From: Veleropilina oligotropha | Taxonomy: Eukaryota | NCBI GenBank assembly: GCA_048128005.1 | Contig: JBEUKZ010000085.1 | Span: 248,001-312,000 of the forward strand | Direction: 5' to 3' | Length of the DNA: 64,000 nucleotides | Part shown: in pieces, positions 47,301-59,464 of the stretch | How positions within the stretch are numbered: position 1 is the first letter of the stretch | How the letters are laid out: the number at the start of each line of letters is the position of its first letter | Position numbers and translations under genes: made by a program | The notes under the pieces: model-generated | What the model was told of the DNA's origin: nothing | Databases searched by the model: none | Seen by the model: only the letters and a program-made list of their open reading frames with translations

Positions 47301-50300
47301 CACTTGCATGTGAGTATGATTGGATCTTCATGGGGAGCCCGGGCTATGGGGCCCACTTGCATGTGAGTATGATTGGATCTTCATGGGGAGCCCGGGCTAT
47401 GGGGCCCACTTGCATGTGAGTATGATTGGATCTTCATGGGGAGCCCGGGCTATGGGGCCCACTTGCATGTGAGTATGATTGGATCTTCATGGGGAGCCCG
47501 GGCTATGGGGCCCACTTGCATGTGAGTATGATTGGATCTTCATGGGGAGCCCGGGCTATGGGGCCCACTTGCATGTGAGTATGATTGGATCTTCATGGGG
47601 AGCCCGGGCTATGGGGCCCACTTGCATGTGAGTATGATTGGATCTTCATGGGGAGCCCGGGCTATGGGGCCCACTTGCATGTGAGTATGTTTAGTTAAGG
47701 GCTATGGGGCCCACTTGCATGTGAGTATGATTGGATCTTCATGGGGAGCCCGGGCTATGGGGCGCACTTGCATGTGAGTATGATTGGATCTTCATGGGGA
47801 GCCCGGGCTATGGGGCCCACTTGCATGTGAGTATGTTTAGTTAAGGGCTATGGGGCCCACTTGCATGTGAGTATGATTGGATCTTCATGGGGAGCCCGGG
47901 CTATGGGGCCCACTTGCATGTGAGTATGATTGGATCTTCATGGGGAGCCCGGGCTATGGGGCCCACTTGCATGTGAGTATGATTGGATCTTCATGGGGAG
48001 CCCGGGCTATGGGGCCCACTTGCATGTGAGTATGATTGGATCTTCATGGGGAGCCCGGGCTATGGGGCCCACTTGCATGTGAGTATGATTGGATCTTCAT
48101 GGGGAGCCCGGGCTATGGGGCCCACTTGCATGTGAGTATGATTGGATCTTCATGGGGAGCCCGGGCTATGGGGCGCACTTGCATGTGAGTATGATTGGAT
48201 CTTCATGGGGAGCCCGGGCTATGGGGCCCACTTGCATGTGAGTATGATTGGATCTTCATGGGGAGCCCGGGCTATGGGGCCCACTTGCATGTGAGTATGA
48301 TTGGATCTTCATGGGGAGCCCGGGCTATGGGGCCCACTTGCATGTGAGTATGTCGATTGGATCTTCATGGGGAGCCCGGGCTATGGGGCCCACTTGCATG
48401 TGAGTATGATTGGATCTTCATGGGGAGCCCGGGCTATGGGGCCCACTTGCATGTGAGTATGATTGGATCTTCATGGGGAGCCCGGGCTATGGGGCCCACT
48501 TGCATGTGAGTATGATTGGATCTTCATGGGGAGCCCGGGCTATGGGGCCCACTTGCATGTGAGTATGATTGGATCTTCATGGGGAGCCCGGGCTATGGGG
48601 CCCACTTGCATGTGAGTATGATTGGATCTTCATGGGGAACCCGGGCTATGGGGCCCACTTGCATGTGAGTATGATTGGATCTTCATGGGGAGCCCGGGCT
48701 ATGGGGCCCACTTGCATGTGAGTATGATTGGATCTTCATGGGGAGCCCGGGCTATGGGGCGCACTTGCATGTGAGTATGATTGGATCTTCATGGGGAGCC
48801 CGGGCTATGGGGCCCACTTGCATGTGAGTATGATTGGATCTTCATGGGGAGCCCGGGCTATGGGGCCCACTTGCATGTGAGTATGATTGGATCTTCATGG
48901 GGAGCCCGGGCTATGGGGCCCACTTGCATGTGAGTATGATTGGATCTTCATGGGGAGCCCGGGCTATGGGGCCCACTTGCATGTGAGTATGATTGGATCT
49001 TCATGGGGAGCCCGGGCTATGGGGCGCACTTGCATGTGAGTATGATTGGATCTTCATGGGGAGCCCGGGCTATGGGGCGCACTTGCATGTGAGTATGTTT
49101 AGTTAATATGTGGATCGATGCTTAATGTCCCATTTATAACAACCGTCAGGTACATATTATCGCAAGAAAAGCCCCAGCACACTGGAAAATGCTGCCTTAG
49201 TCTGGACAATTGTGACTTTAGTTCTCGGCCAAGGATTCGAATCCACCCTGTTTGAAAGAGCTGTCGCGGGCGTGCCATGAGAGTCTGTCGCGGGCGTGCC
49301 ATGAGAGTCTGTCGCGGGCGTGCCATGAGAGTCTGTCGCGGGCGTGCCATGAGAGCTGTCGCAGGCGTGCCATGAGAGTCTGTCGCGGGCATGCCATGAG
49401 AGTCTGTCGCGGGCGTGCCATGAGAGTCTGTCGCGGGCGTGCCATGAGAGTCTGTCGCGGGCATGCCATGAGAGTACACATTCTTATCCATTTATGATTA
49501 CACGTACCACTGATGCTGCCAGTGGAATAAATTGGCTGACATCTGATATATTCTATACAGAATGTTTCCCTAGTGGTGTTCTATGTTTCCATATTCATGC
49601 ATATGTCAATTACAGTTACTGTTGTTGGCCGGTTCGACAATCGTGTGGTTTCAGTTGCAGAATCTGAAAAAATCACTGACTTGATTCCGCTGATGCAAAC
49701 AGTAGCGGGTTCAAACCTTGACTGGGACATGACATTAATTGTTCAAGTTATGAATCACAGCTGTCCGTAACTGATCGGAGAGGGCGGGTTTCCCCGGGCA
49801 TTCAGGCTTTCCTCCCGCGATATTATGGACATGTTCTGCTTTAATGGTTGGCAATATACAGGACATGAAGCATCGTGGTTGGTAATATACAGGACATGAA
49901 GCATCGATCTTTAATGGTTGGCAATACAGCACATGAAGCATCGATCTTTAATGGTTGGCAATATACAGGACATGAAGCATCGATCTTTAATGGTTGGCAA
50001 TATACAGGACATGAAGCATCGATCTTTTTCTATCCTTTACAGTTACTGTTGACATGTAGAATTGGTGATATTAATTTCTCAAAGTATCAGTAGGTTAATT
50101 CTGATGTTAGATGTTAATATTTGTTTGTTCTATCACCCTACATTCACTTGAGAATTCACCAAATTCCAGACTGCTCGTGCAGTAACTTTGATTATTTTCT
50201 CTTGCTGTAGCGGTGCTGCATGTTATGTTTTCCATGAAATGAGAGCAACACTAAATTTTGGCAAAGAATATCGTCATGAAAAACCTCTAGCTGTGCATGA

Positions 50301-53300
50301 GCGATCGGATTGATTTTTCTAACTGTAATTAAAGTATTTCTAAGCCTTAACTGTTATCCTAATATTAGTCATTGGCTAAGAAAGCCTTGGGCCATTGTAG
50401 TTTTACTTGCTTAATCCAGCATTTACATTCATTAACTGAATATTCAATGATCGTGATTCATGGTATTCGAGCATCGAACGATTTATTAATGGGACCATGA
50501 GTGTAGTAACATGGATAAACGGACTCGCTGGAAATGAGAAACCACCGCACCGTGATGGAAATTGCGCAAGTGAGATTATGGATATATTGATATTTCAGTT
50601 ACAGAATAAAACGATGAAAGACGAAAAATTATGATAATTGTTTACTGATAGAACATTCTTTTATTAGAATGTTCTTTTATTAGAATGGTATAATTTAGAA
50701 CTGTATAATCCTATCATCTGTGTGAGACACGCTATCGTCATTAAGTTTGAACCCCCTCATGTAATTATTCAGTAAAATACTAAGCTGGTCATGTTACACG
50801 ATTGTGATACGAGAAAAACTATACTGTGGTTTGTTATAGGAAAATGAACATGTGAAACAAGGTATTCTTGTGAATTTCATATTGATTAATAAAACGGGGT
50901 GAGCCCCAGGAGCGGATGCAGGATTTTAACAAAGTGGTGGTCCACCTGTGCACATGGGAGATGGGGGCCCCACGCGAAGGAAAAGTTTGATAATTAGCTG
51001 TGTGAAATCCCCTCTCCTGAATTCTGACAGCGCATATTTTATTGGAAAAGTTGGGGAAACAACATGATATATTTTGCTGGTAAAAAAGTGGGGTCTCTGA
51101 ACCTTCCCTAGAATGCACTTGTGCCCGGCATGTCTTGGTCGTGCATCTCGATTTCCATAGTCATCATAATCACGCCTTCACCATCTTCCATACATCACAT
51201 TTTTTATTTCATTACTTTATTGGGGGAATGTCGAAAATATGATGCGGAACCTAAATATAATATGGTCCTGACCAGAGTCATGAGACGATTTTCAAAGTTT
51301 TTTCTATGGTACGGCGTTATTTCCATCGCACAGAGCATCCATCTATTGGATAAAGACGTTAAACTGGAAACATGACTTCAATACGAAACTAAATTCAAAT
51401 TAAACTTTACTACTGAGATTTTCCGCTATAAATTCAACATATTTGCGTGCTCTCTTCAGATTGACAACGTAAGAAATCCATCGTGGCAGGCGCAGATCAC
51501 GGGTAAGAAGAAGTGGACGTTGGAGCCGCCGCCCGAGTGCTACGACATCTGTCCCGAGAGACTCGAGGTCATTGTGATGCCCGGAGATATCAGTGAGTGA
51601 TCTCCCTTTAGTAGAGTAACCTGGTGTAGTATCGTCCGAGACATCAGTGATTTGTCTATCATGGATGAAGCTAGTGTTTATGCATGTAGGCAAATGCCTA
51701 TACCTAATATATAAACACGCACGCACGCACTCATAATATATTTATGTATTTATAGTGTCGTCGAAGAAATTTTCCTCTTTGGTATTTTGTAATGTTGACA
51801 GGTCTGGAAATGCTAAAATTCTTATTACCTCATAACAATTAAAACTACGTTCGGAGCCATTCATCTATATATTCATTGGAATACAAAAGAATTTAACGTA
51901 GGTATATACAGAGAGGCGTGATCATAAGAAATTTGGTATAATAACTAGCTTGAGCTCTGAATTTAATCTCATATGGGATACGGAATTTATATATATCAAA
52001 AGGTAGCCTAGTAATGCAGGCATACATATTTGCTGTCACTGGGGTACAGTACCACAGAAATTGATTTCACAAATCCTAGTAAACCACCATACTGTACTGC
52101 CTCTGTAAATATTAATAAGCATCATTATTATTATTGCGCTTTTTGTAAATTCTGACTTTACTTTGGATTGACAGTAAAGTGCATGGTTTAAGGGCTTTTT
52201 CAAGTAATTATCGAGATTTCATCTAATTGCGATGATCAATTTCGTCTGTCTGCTATCCTCGACCTGCTGGCATCAATATCTGTGATGAATGCGCTGTTAG
52301 TCGCAACCTCTCAGCTTATTATTAAGCCTAGCAGTCCCCAGAGGATTCATTTGTAATCTGAAAAAGGATAATGCAATTTATCTCCTAACTGGAAATAAAT
52401 GCATCACGCAAAGAAAATTGAAAATAATATTTTATAATCAGAATGCAAAAAATAATTAAATGTAATTACATGACATGACAATCTGCGAATGCAAACCTGT
52501 CTGTTGTTGCTGTTTCTTGGTATCTACTTGTCTGATTCCGTTCAAATATTAACACAAGGTTAAGAACACCAGTAAACCTGGAAATACCAAAATTATCTCA
52601 GTCCGGATTATAATCCGGATGTTATGACGTCATTTCCGATTTTGCTTTTCGGCTCTAGTGGGTGAAGTATTAGTTATAGAGATTTCTCACTTTCACCATT
52701 ATGTTCCTTATTACCGGGAAATATCTATAATTATCCATATCCGGATCGGGAAAATAATAATAATAATAATATTTTGGCATATGATCATAAGTTTAGTTTA
52801 TTTCCAATTCTACATTAAAATGCTGCTTTTGGACTTAGAAATTTTCATTAAAGTTTATCAAGCATGCTATATATGCAAAAATAGGCATAATTTGGCATCT
52901 TCCTTTGTCAGATATCAATATTTCATTGTCATCTAACCCTAGAGTAGAAATATTGAAATATTTCAAATTGACAATGTCATCTATTATTGAATGTAGACAC
53001 AATACTCATGAAATATAAGTGAATGATGCGCAGTTCCATGCATGCGAGCCATTTCGAGCTTTAGCTCATTTTGTGATAAGCACATAAATTGTATGGTAAC
53101 ATTGCACGGGTTTTGCTCCTTGACATCATCTATGCAGCTATATATATATACTACTTAACATACAATTTTCTTGAGTAGTCTCAAGTGCATGTCGACTTGG
53201 GATTTGTCCAGCCTCTGTAACTATGTGCCTCTTTTGTTGCCGATTTGATCGTGCCTGAGCGACCCGCTTAGCTCAGCTGTGTTTGACGTGCGTTTTTATT

Positions 53301-56300
53301 ATCTTATTCTGATGAGGGATTGAGTTTAAGAAATCCTATCATTTTAGCTTTATCTGATTTCTCTCCATTTACCAATCCTGATTGAGAATTAAACGAGACA
53401 GTTTAGACTGACGGCTCAATATTTAATTTCACGGTCAGTACAGTCGGGAAGGACATATCGGGTATTGACGAAAATTGAATTACTTTATCTTGTCAGATGG
53501 TCGACATAAACTATATTATCCCAGACCGTAGAAATAGCTAACAATTTTTGTAATCAGTGATGTGTGAAAGTTCTTATTTGAATACTGATGCAATTGTATC
53601 ATTGATGTCTTTTGGGAAAGGGAATTGATTGACTATTCATGCCTGGAAAGATCCCATTCAATGATGGATTAGTCATGCCTTTATGGAGATATAAATGAGT
53701 TTTGATATTAATTATAGATAATGATATTTAAGTTGTATCTTTATCAAATGGTAACACAAGGAGGGTCCATGCCAAACGTCATGTTTAGTTTCATTTTATC
53801 AGCCGAATTACAATACATTATTCATCGACCATTCAGATCCAATAATGTACTGTATATTAAGTTTATTGTATTATTGTATCCCCCGAAACGAAAGTATCGG
53901 GGGATACTATGGTTTAGCGTTCGTTACGCCGCCGCCGCGTCTGCCGAGCGATTCTTCGTGATCATTCTAGGCAGGCCGTTTCTGAACGGAATGTTTTCAA
54001 ATTTGGTATGTGCATTGGTTGGGGCGAGGACACGACACCTATAGAAGTGGGTGTGGTCCGACCTCCAAGATGGCCGCCGTGGCCTCCATCTTGGATTTTA
54101 AGCATAATTCCTCGTGATCGCTCTAGACAGGCTGTTTCTTAACGGAATCTTTTCAAATTTGGTATGTGCATTGGTTGGGGCGAGGACACGACACCTATAG
54201 AATTTGGGTGTGTTCCGACCTCCAAGATGGCCGCTGTGGCGTCTATCTTAGATTTTAAGCATAATTCTTTGTGATCGCTCTAGACAAGCCATTTCTTAAC
54301 GGAATGTTTTCAAATTTGATATGTGCATTGATTGGTGCGAGGACACGACACCTATATATTTTGAGCCACGTGACCCCAATATTTTGGTGGCCATCTTGAA
54401 TTTCATTCGAAAACTATTTTATTTTATAAATTTGTTAATATTTAACCTAGCGTGACATGATTTATATATTCAGATACCAGACGTAATTGTCTAAAATGTC
54501 ATGGAATTGGATTTTTGATTTTTAAATTTAACCGGCGGCCATTTTGGATTTTAATTTTAAGGGTCTTTAAAAAGGCTATAGCTTGAAAATGATGCAATGT
54601 AGACACATGGTGGCCATCTTGAATTTCATTCGAAAACTATTTTCTTTTATAAATTTGTTAATATTTAACATAGCATGACATGATTTATATATTCAGATAC
54701 CAGACGTAATTTTTTAAAATGTCATGAATTGGATTTTTGATTTTTAAATTTAACCGGTGGCCATTTTGGATTTTAATTTTAAGGGTCTTTAAATGGCTAT
54801 ATCTTGAAAATGATGCAATGTAGACACATGGTCACTATGGGAAGTCATGGTTGGGCTTTCAAATGCCACCATGACCTTTGACCTCAGATGACCTAATTGC
54901 TCTAAATGACCTAATTAAGGAAAAATGGATATATGTGTGCCTATAATGGATAAAGTGAACTCCTATTGACATATGTTGTCGCCATTTACCAATTATGCCA
55001 GATAAAATTGGAAAGCAGGAAGTGCCACGGTGGCCATTAAGGTAATTGTTTCAAGTAGCAATATATCAAAAAGGATGCACTGTGGACACATAGTTCCTAT
55101 GGGAAGTCATGGTTGATCTTTCACATGTGACCTTAACTCGTTTAATATTGATGCTAGAGCTTAGATATTTTAAATTAGGAAAATTAAAAAATTCGAAAAA
55201 AACGAACAAAATGGCCGCCACATTTTTCTTAAAAAGGCCACAACTCGAGACCGACGTGGTGTACAGACCTGAAATTTGCGGCATTCGATTCAGAGTGACC
55301 ATATGTATATATTAATAACGAACGAAGATCGTCCTATAGATTAGGGACATGACCACAATATCTACACATACCTGTGCATACCTTGCAACTTGAACCGGAT
55401 GGTCACGAATTGACCACTGCGCAAACTCCAGTCAGCCATGTTTCGAATGTTTTGTGTTCATCACTCGATCTTGTTGATCTTGATTTATTGGAGTACCAAA
55501 ATCTCGCACCATCGAGAAATGCAAAACAACGTAATTACGGGACAACGAACGATTTTAAACTTCAAATTATCCAAGTACAATAACACTAATAACGCGACAA
55601 ATGGCATTATTGATATAAACCCAATACTCTCATCTATGCATATCTCTTTTGCTACAAGAATGGCATGATGTTTTGAAATATTGTGACGTCGGCGAAAATG
55701 CGTAGCTAAGCAACAGTGGGTGACGTCGCGGAATAGGTGTAGTTTTTAACAAGTGACGTCAGAGAATGTGCGTAGCAACAATGCGTGACGTCGCGGAATG
55801 GGTGTCGGCTTACACTAGACGTTATGAATAAAAGACGCGTTTCAAAATTAAGAAAACATCGCAGGGTACGGATTTTATAAACAAAATTTATGTATAATCT
55901 CTCTTCTGCGTTCGTATCTAGGTGCTACCTACAACATATTAAAATTTGAAGAAAAATAATTTAAGAAACAATTTAAAAAAAAAATTTAACGTAATTTCTT
56001 ATTATATGTTTGCAAGTATCATTACGACATATATTTTGGGTGTGGTCTGACCTACAAGATGGCCGCCACGACCACCATAATTGATTGTAATTGTTCTAGT
56101 TTCTTAACGGAATGTTTTCAAATTTAGTATGTTCATTGGTTTGGGTGGGGACACGACACCTATAGATTTTGGGTGTGGTCCGACCTCCAAGATGGCCATT
56201 GCGGCCGCCATCTTGGATTTTGAAGCAGAATTCCTTGTGATCGCTCTAGACAGGTCATTACCGGGGGATACATATGCGGGCACTCGTGACTGAGCATTTA

Positions 56301-57106
56301 GTTATACATGTTTTACTCAATATGTTACAAAATAGCATGAAAATATTATTTTGGGGTGAGGTTATACATATATATATATATAGGTTATACCACGAGGTTT
56401 GGTTGTCTAATCGAAAAAGCCTTCAGTTAATCCACGACGCGTGAGTTGTTTAGCTGCACAGGCTTTTCCGATTAGATAACACAAACCGAGTGATATATCC
56501 GACTTAAACCATTGCAAAGGTGTACGATAATTATAGCATTTATGATTTTAATAACCTAGTATAGTGTGACCTAATTTAGTGTAAAAAAGTAGCCCTCCTT
56601 GGTCTAACTGAGAATGTTGTCAATATAATAGACGTCATAAAAAAGGTTTAATTAAATTTACCATAAATTTAATCATATTTATTATGAAGATAGACTGGTC
56701 AGACCTGAATGGAGTTCATTGTTTAAAGTTTTCGTAAACAGCCTTTATACAAACTGTCATTTGTTCACAATAGGTCAAATTACTTTCTATCGGAGAAGGA
56801 TAACCCTGGATTATCAGACCAATTTTACATTGCATAACTTATAGCTTAAAATCAATCATTTTAAAGCTGTCTGTTTGCGAAATAGCATTCATGATTTTCT
56901 GATTCTGCTTATATGGTATGCTATGTTAAATTTCAAGCCAGGACTGAATACCTAAATACATGATGGCATTTTACAAGTATGGTTCACCTTTATTGAGAGT
57001 TTTGGATCTTCTATTTTCAGTCGTTCTTGACACCAATCAGTGGTACCATTCCACGTTGAACGTTGGAGACGACATCAGCATCACCATTGGATCGGAATAC
57101 GATTGA
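32325..57106 (+). CDS. JmjC/cupin-fold putative Fe(II)/2-oxoglutarate oxygenase with an N-terminal membrane anchor, 4 exons, 346 aa
   Basis: Exons 32325-33010, 46510-46645, 51460-51592 and 57021-57106, all GT-AG and phase-consistent (1041 nt). Motifs: LTPEEFEKYYAYTSRPVII..NW, WYIGWSNC, YERPYFLP, DWIFMG.PG.GAHLHID (HxD), WQAQITGKKKW, PGDIIVLDTNQWYHST (distal His). One TM helix (WTLAVIVGVVSILISQLLF). Confidence 0.88.
32981..33080 (+). repeat. Exact 50-bp tandem duplication of the exon 1 end plus splice donor
   Basis: AGATGGTTCACTACCATGGTACATTGGATG|GTGAGTATGTGGTTATGACA occurs twice. Confidence 0.95.
33500..33710 (-). mobile_element. tRNA-derived SINE, diverged copy
   Basis: Similarity to the TSD-flanked copies. 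Confidence 0.75.
34053..34322 (+). mobile_element. tRNA-derived SINE
   Basis: TSD TCATTAGTAATC, A box GGCAGCGCAGTGG, B box GGTTCAATACC and a (TCCC)n tail. Confidence 0.9.
34690..35400. mobile_element. Degenerate Crypton-like element (terminal long hairpin plus decayed ORF on the minus strand)
   Basis: TAGGTTACTAACCGAG..., inverted arms GGTATTCATCGATTTGAAAGACCTGC / GCAGGTCTTTCAAATAGATGAATACC around a nested GC hairpin. The ORF relic YMKENG..DLSSVPGNFYEEA resembles the region upstream of Crypton recombinases. A similar architecture occurs at about 56380-56510. Confidence 0.4.
35906..36135. repeat. Minisatellite, about 52-57-bp unit, about 4.5 copies
   Basis: ATGACCTTGACAGTCACGCATGGTAGCTGATGCTCCC repeated. 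Confidence 0.9.
36431..37496 (-). CDS. DUF1761-like small membrane protein, 131 aa, 2 coding exons, nested antisense in intron 1 of the JmjC-type gene
   Basis: Exons 37496-37288 and 36617-36431 (GT-AG, phase 2, 396 nt). The protein MVLGAVVGFLGSEALGFCWFNPNVFGTKWM...AFSQKPASYFLINHSYDTAVLLIMATSIIYFK* fits the DUF1761 pattern LGxxWYxPxxFGxxW ... FxxxPxxxFLINxGY. An acceptor just upstream (37509-37510) implies a 5' UTR exon. AATAAA on the minus strand at about 36244-36249. Confidence 0.8.
36838..37238. repeat. About 205-bp near-identical tandem duplication within the DUF1761 intron
   Basis: CACCTAAAT..TTCAATATCGCCATTT..GGGGTGTGCGTTTC..AACATGATTCAC occurs twice. Confidence 0.9.
37883..38988 (-). 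mobile_element. Defective Tc1 element (frameshifted, 5'-deleted DD34E transposase 38111-38865)
   Basis: TA-flanked imperfect TIRs CACTCAGCAACATTTAAAACTTGACAC / GTGTCAAGTTTTCATTTTGGCTAAGTA. FSDESCF is in one frame; FQHDNA and SPDLNPIEHIW are in another. Confidence 0.9.
39661..39915 (-). mobile_element. tRNA-derived SINE
   Basis: TSD TCAAGTGAGA, A/B boxes and a (TCC)n tail on the minus strand. Confidence 0.9.
40038..40751 (+). mobile_element. 5'-truncated Penelope-like retroelement: GIY-YIG endonuclease fragment with an inverted pseudo-LTR
   Basis: 40208 onward reads [50 protein letters not shown]. 40063-40209 is an inverted copy of 40608-40752. The direct repeat AGGATGTACATA flanks the insert (40026-40037, 40752-40763). 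Confidence 0.9.
41645..41855 (+). mobile_element. Old tRNA-derived SINE of a second family
   Basis: GGTATCTAGTGGTT (A-box-like), GAGTTCGAATC (B box) and a (CCAT)n tail. Confidence 0.5.
42273..43807 (-). mobile_element. Full-length Tc1 transposon (1,535 bp)
   Basis: 26-bp TIRs TAC(C/T)GAGTCAAAAAAGAAACTTCACA, TA TSD, and a single transposase ORF. Confidence 0.95.
42497..43507 (-). CDS. Tc1 DD34E transposase, 336 aa
   Basis: Paired-like HTH, GRPR, FSDESRF, FQHDN-(34 aa)-E in SPDLNPIEHVW. Confidence 0.95.
   Translation of the reverse strand: MPRLSNVQRERAVGMLHAGRSVIDVARAMGCSRRTVYDLRIRLQETGTTSDRPRSGRPRVTSRAEDRYIVLHRLRDRFLPAARTRAEMFRGRLSSQTIRNRLRAANLHPRRPYRGPIFTPFHRRQRLLWAQRHLRWTQRDWNRVVFSDESRFTLRFADGRHRVWRRRREWYAQCCVQEVDIFGGGSCMVWGAFCGNNRSRLLVIRGNITAAAYRDQVLTPELVPFMAAHGPGLHFQHDNVLPHTAMLTRNFLQNAGINVMDWPSRSPDLNPIEHVWDALGRRLRGLRHQPQNLQELGAALQEQWRRIPNHVFTNIRRSMRRRCLAVVNARGGHTRY
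44169..44752. mobile_element. Short HINE-type non-autonomous element
   Basis: Subterminal IR CCTTCGCCC / GGGCGAAGG, (GTCT)n microsatellite, and a 3' hairpin before CTTGTT. Confidence 0.6.
45726..45912. repeat. Minisatellite, 52-bp unit, about 3.6 copies
   Basis: CAATCAAAGCNGTCTCATCAACCATTAATTATATCATGTTACATGATATGCT repeated. Confidence 0.92.
46218..46479 (+). mobile_element. tRNA-derived SINE, young copy, ending about 30 nt upstream of JmjC exon 2
   Basis: TSD ACTAACAGTATA, A/B boxes and a (TCC)n tail. An older copy lies at about 45935-46110. Confidence 0.92.
46601..49106 (+). repeat. 2.5-kb minisatellite of exon 2 end plus splice donor (53-bp and 40-bp units)
   Basis: 53-mer GATTGGATCTTCATGGGGAGCCCGGGCTATGGGGCCCACTTGCAT|GTGAGTAT and 40-mer GGGCTATGGGGCCCACTTGCAT|GTGAGTATGTTTAGTTAA. 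First donor 46646, last 49089; the spacing 2443 = 40x53 + 8x40 + 3 gives 49 donors. Confidence 0.97.
49256..49475. repeat. Minisatellite, 24-bp unit, about 9 copies
   Basis: GAGAGTCTGTCGCGGGCGTGCCAT repeated. Confidence 0.95.
49628..50026 (+). mobile_element. Diverged SINE whose 3' end is tandemly amplified (about 39-bp unit, about 5 copies, 49840-50026)
   Basis: SINE body, then TTTAATGGTTGGCAATATACAGGACATGAAGCATCGATC repeats. Confidence 0.8.
53871..56303. mobile_element. HINE-type element with internal tandem units
   Basis: 5' TT..TGTATCCCCCG hairpin and (GCC)n, repeated CCAAGATGGCCGCC units, 3' CCGGGGGATACA subterminal IR, hairpin and TAGTT. Confidence 0.7.
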
Positions 57107-58039
57107 ATCCAATCTCCATGACGACGTAATGCAGACCGAATTCGGATAATAATGATAAGGTTTAAATTAATATTTAAAGTGACTATTGCCCATATTTTTC
57201 GTGCATATGTAGCATGACGAAACAGCCGCTATTGTATCAAATGAATCTGCCACACGTTTCGCACAGATTGATACAAATTTAGCGAAGATATGATCGATAT
57301 ATGATCAAATGATAGATTTTTATTGAAATTGTTATTAGTTGAGCCGTTTACGGAGAAACTATTGCATTGAGGCTGTCTGTTTGTCTGTCTGTGTGGTGGA
57401 CAGTGTATGTCCATGCTGACTTTATTATGGCTCAACTATGCTTCCTCTCGGATGCACTTGTTGTAACTGGGCAATATACAGTATATATTGTCAAGTAGAA
57501 AGCTATGATCTTACTTGACGAGCATTAGCCTACACGACTTTGCCTCATCTAGGCCAATTGAAAATGTCACTCGTTGAGAGGTAATAAAAAACGGACCTCG
57601 TTTAATTATTTTTAAATCTTCAATAGCGATTTATTTAAACAGTAGAAAATTACTGACGAAAGTTGAGTGTTGAAAATTCCTAACTTTTTATGCTATAAAC
57701 AAAAAGTGTAATGCAGTTAGTTTTCTTTTCAAAGAAAAAAGAGCGCATTTACGGGCAATACTAGTACTCTATTTAAAGAATATTGATTGGCTATATGTGT
57801 TGAAAATTCCTTTCTTTTTATGCTATGAACAAAAAGTGTAATGCGGTTAGTTTTCTTTTCAAAGAAAAAAGAGCGCATTTACGGGCAATAGTCTATTTAA
57901 AGAATATTGATTGGCTGTATTTGCAATTGTAAAAAATATTGTATTTATAAATGTTTGAAGGAAGTTGGTGTTACCTAATATATGATTGCATTGGTACCTT
58001 CATTCACTTGTCATGGGCACAAATGTACGTTCTTGATCA

Positions 58040-59464
58040 TTGTCTCCCCATCCGAAATGTATTCCTGATGGTGAGTACATTATATAACAATGTTCAATTT
58101 TGTTGTTCGGTCAAAGGTCAAGGTCACAGAGGTAAAAATGTACTTTCCGTAAAACACAACTTGTCCGGGCTAGATCTCAGGTCCTATACATGCCAGCCTG
58201 ATTTCCGTTGGTATGTTAAACCGCCCTATCATGCCATTGTGCTTTTTGGCAAAATTTCGCAAAAACGACTTCGACCTTGACGTAATGACCTTTGACCCCT
58301 GAAATCGTGTCCGGCCTGGTTCTCAAATCTTATCCTTATAATTTCTTTGTAGATCCTTGTCCCACATTTCAAGCATGTGCATGGAGCTAAAATTTTGTAC
58401 TTTTGACCTTTGATCTTTGACCTTGGCACTGTGACCTTGATAAACAATTTCCATATTTGGGCATTTTTATATTTTGTTTTCTTAATTTTTTCCACCAAAT
58501 TTATTCCTGAGGGTGAGTACATTATACAACAATGTTCAATTTTGTTGTTCGGTCAAAGGTCAAGGTCACAGAGGTCAAAATTTACTTTCTCTAGCACACA
58601 CCTTGTCCGGGCTACATCTCAGGTCCTATACATGCCAGCATGATTTCCTTTGGTATGTTAAACCGCCGTATCTTGCTATTGTGATTTTCTGCAAAATTTT
58701 GCGGAAACGACCTTCGACCTTCACCTAATGACTTTTGACCCCGAAATCGTGTCCGGTCTGGTTTTCGGTGATGTCAAATCTTATCCTTCTAATTTCTTTG
58801 AAGATGCTTGGCCCACACTTGAAGCATATGCAGGGTGCGAAAAAATTTCACTTTTGACCTTGGCACTGTTACCTTCATAAAAAAGTTCCATATATTTGGG
58901 CATTTTTATATTTCATTGTTTTCTTAATTATTTTGCGTCAACTTTTCCCCCCGTTGGTGAGTACTTTATATAATAATGTTCAGTTTGTTGTTCGGTCAAA
59001 GGTCAAGGTCACAGAGGTCAAAATGTACTTTCCTGATTCCATATTTGGGCTTATTTATATTTTATTGTTTCCTTTTTTCGCCAAATTTCTTCATGAGGGT
59101 GAGTACATTATATAACAATGTTCAATTTTCTTGTTCGGTCAAAGGTCAAGGTCACAGAGGTCATAATGTACTTTCCTGATACACACCTTGTCCGGGCTAG
59201 ATCTCTGGTCCTATACATGACCTTTGACCTTGCCGTAATGACCTTTGACCTACTAAAATTCTTGTCATCTTCATAGGTTCCCATGCCTTGAACGTGAAGG
59301 GTGTAAATATTCAGGACATTTGCATAAATCCATCCATTGTGTCGAATATATTTTCATTCCCAGTTCGTGAGTTTCCAAACTTCATGAGGGTCTCAATATA
59401 GAGTGATTTCTCTTACATGGGGAGACATATGTTTTTGTTCACACAAAAACAACTCCTCTAGTTC
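58040..59464. mobile_element. HINE-type element with GGTCAAAGGTCAAGGTCACAGAGG repeats
   Basis: Subterminal IR TGTCTCCCCAT / ATGGGGAGACA, 3' hairpin and CTAGTT end. Confidence 0.7.

Noticed and set aside
46601..49106. CRISPR-like regular array
   Set aside because: No unique spacers, no cas genes, eukaryotic context; the unit is exon/intron sequence of the host gene.
49099..49497. Repetitive ORFs (HGTPATDS / MARPRQTL / ESLSRACH)
   Set aside because: Translations of a 24-bp minisatellite, open in several frames on both strands.
53309..53340. CTGATGAG...GAAA hammerhead candidate
   Set aside because: The GAAA falls inside the only plausible stem (GGATT/AATCC) and stems I and III are missing.
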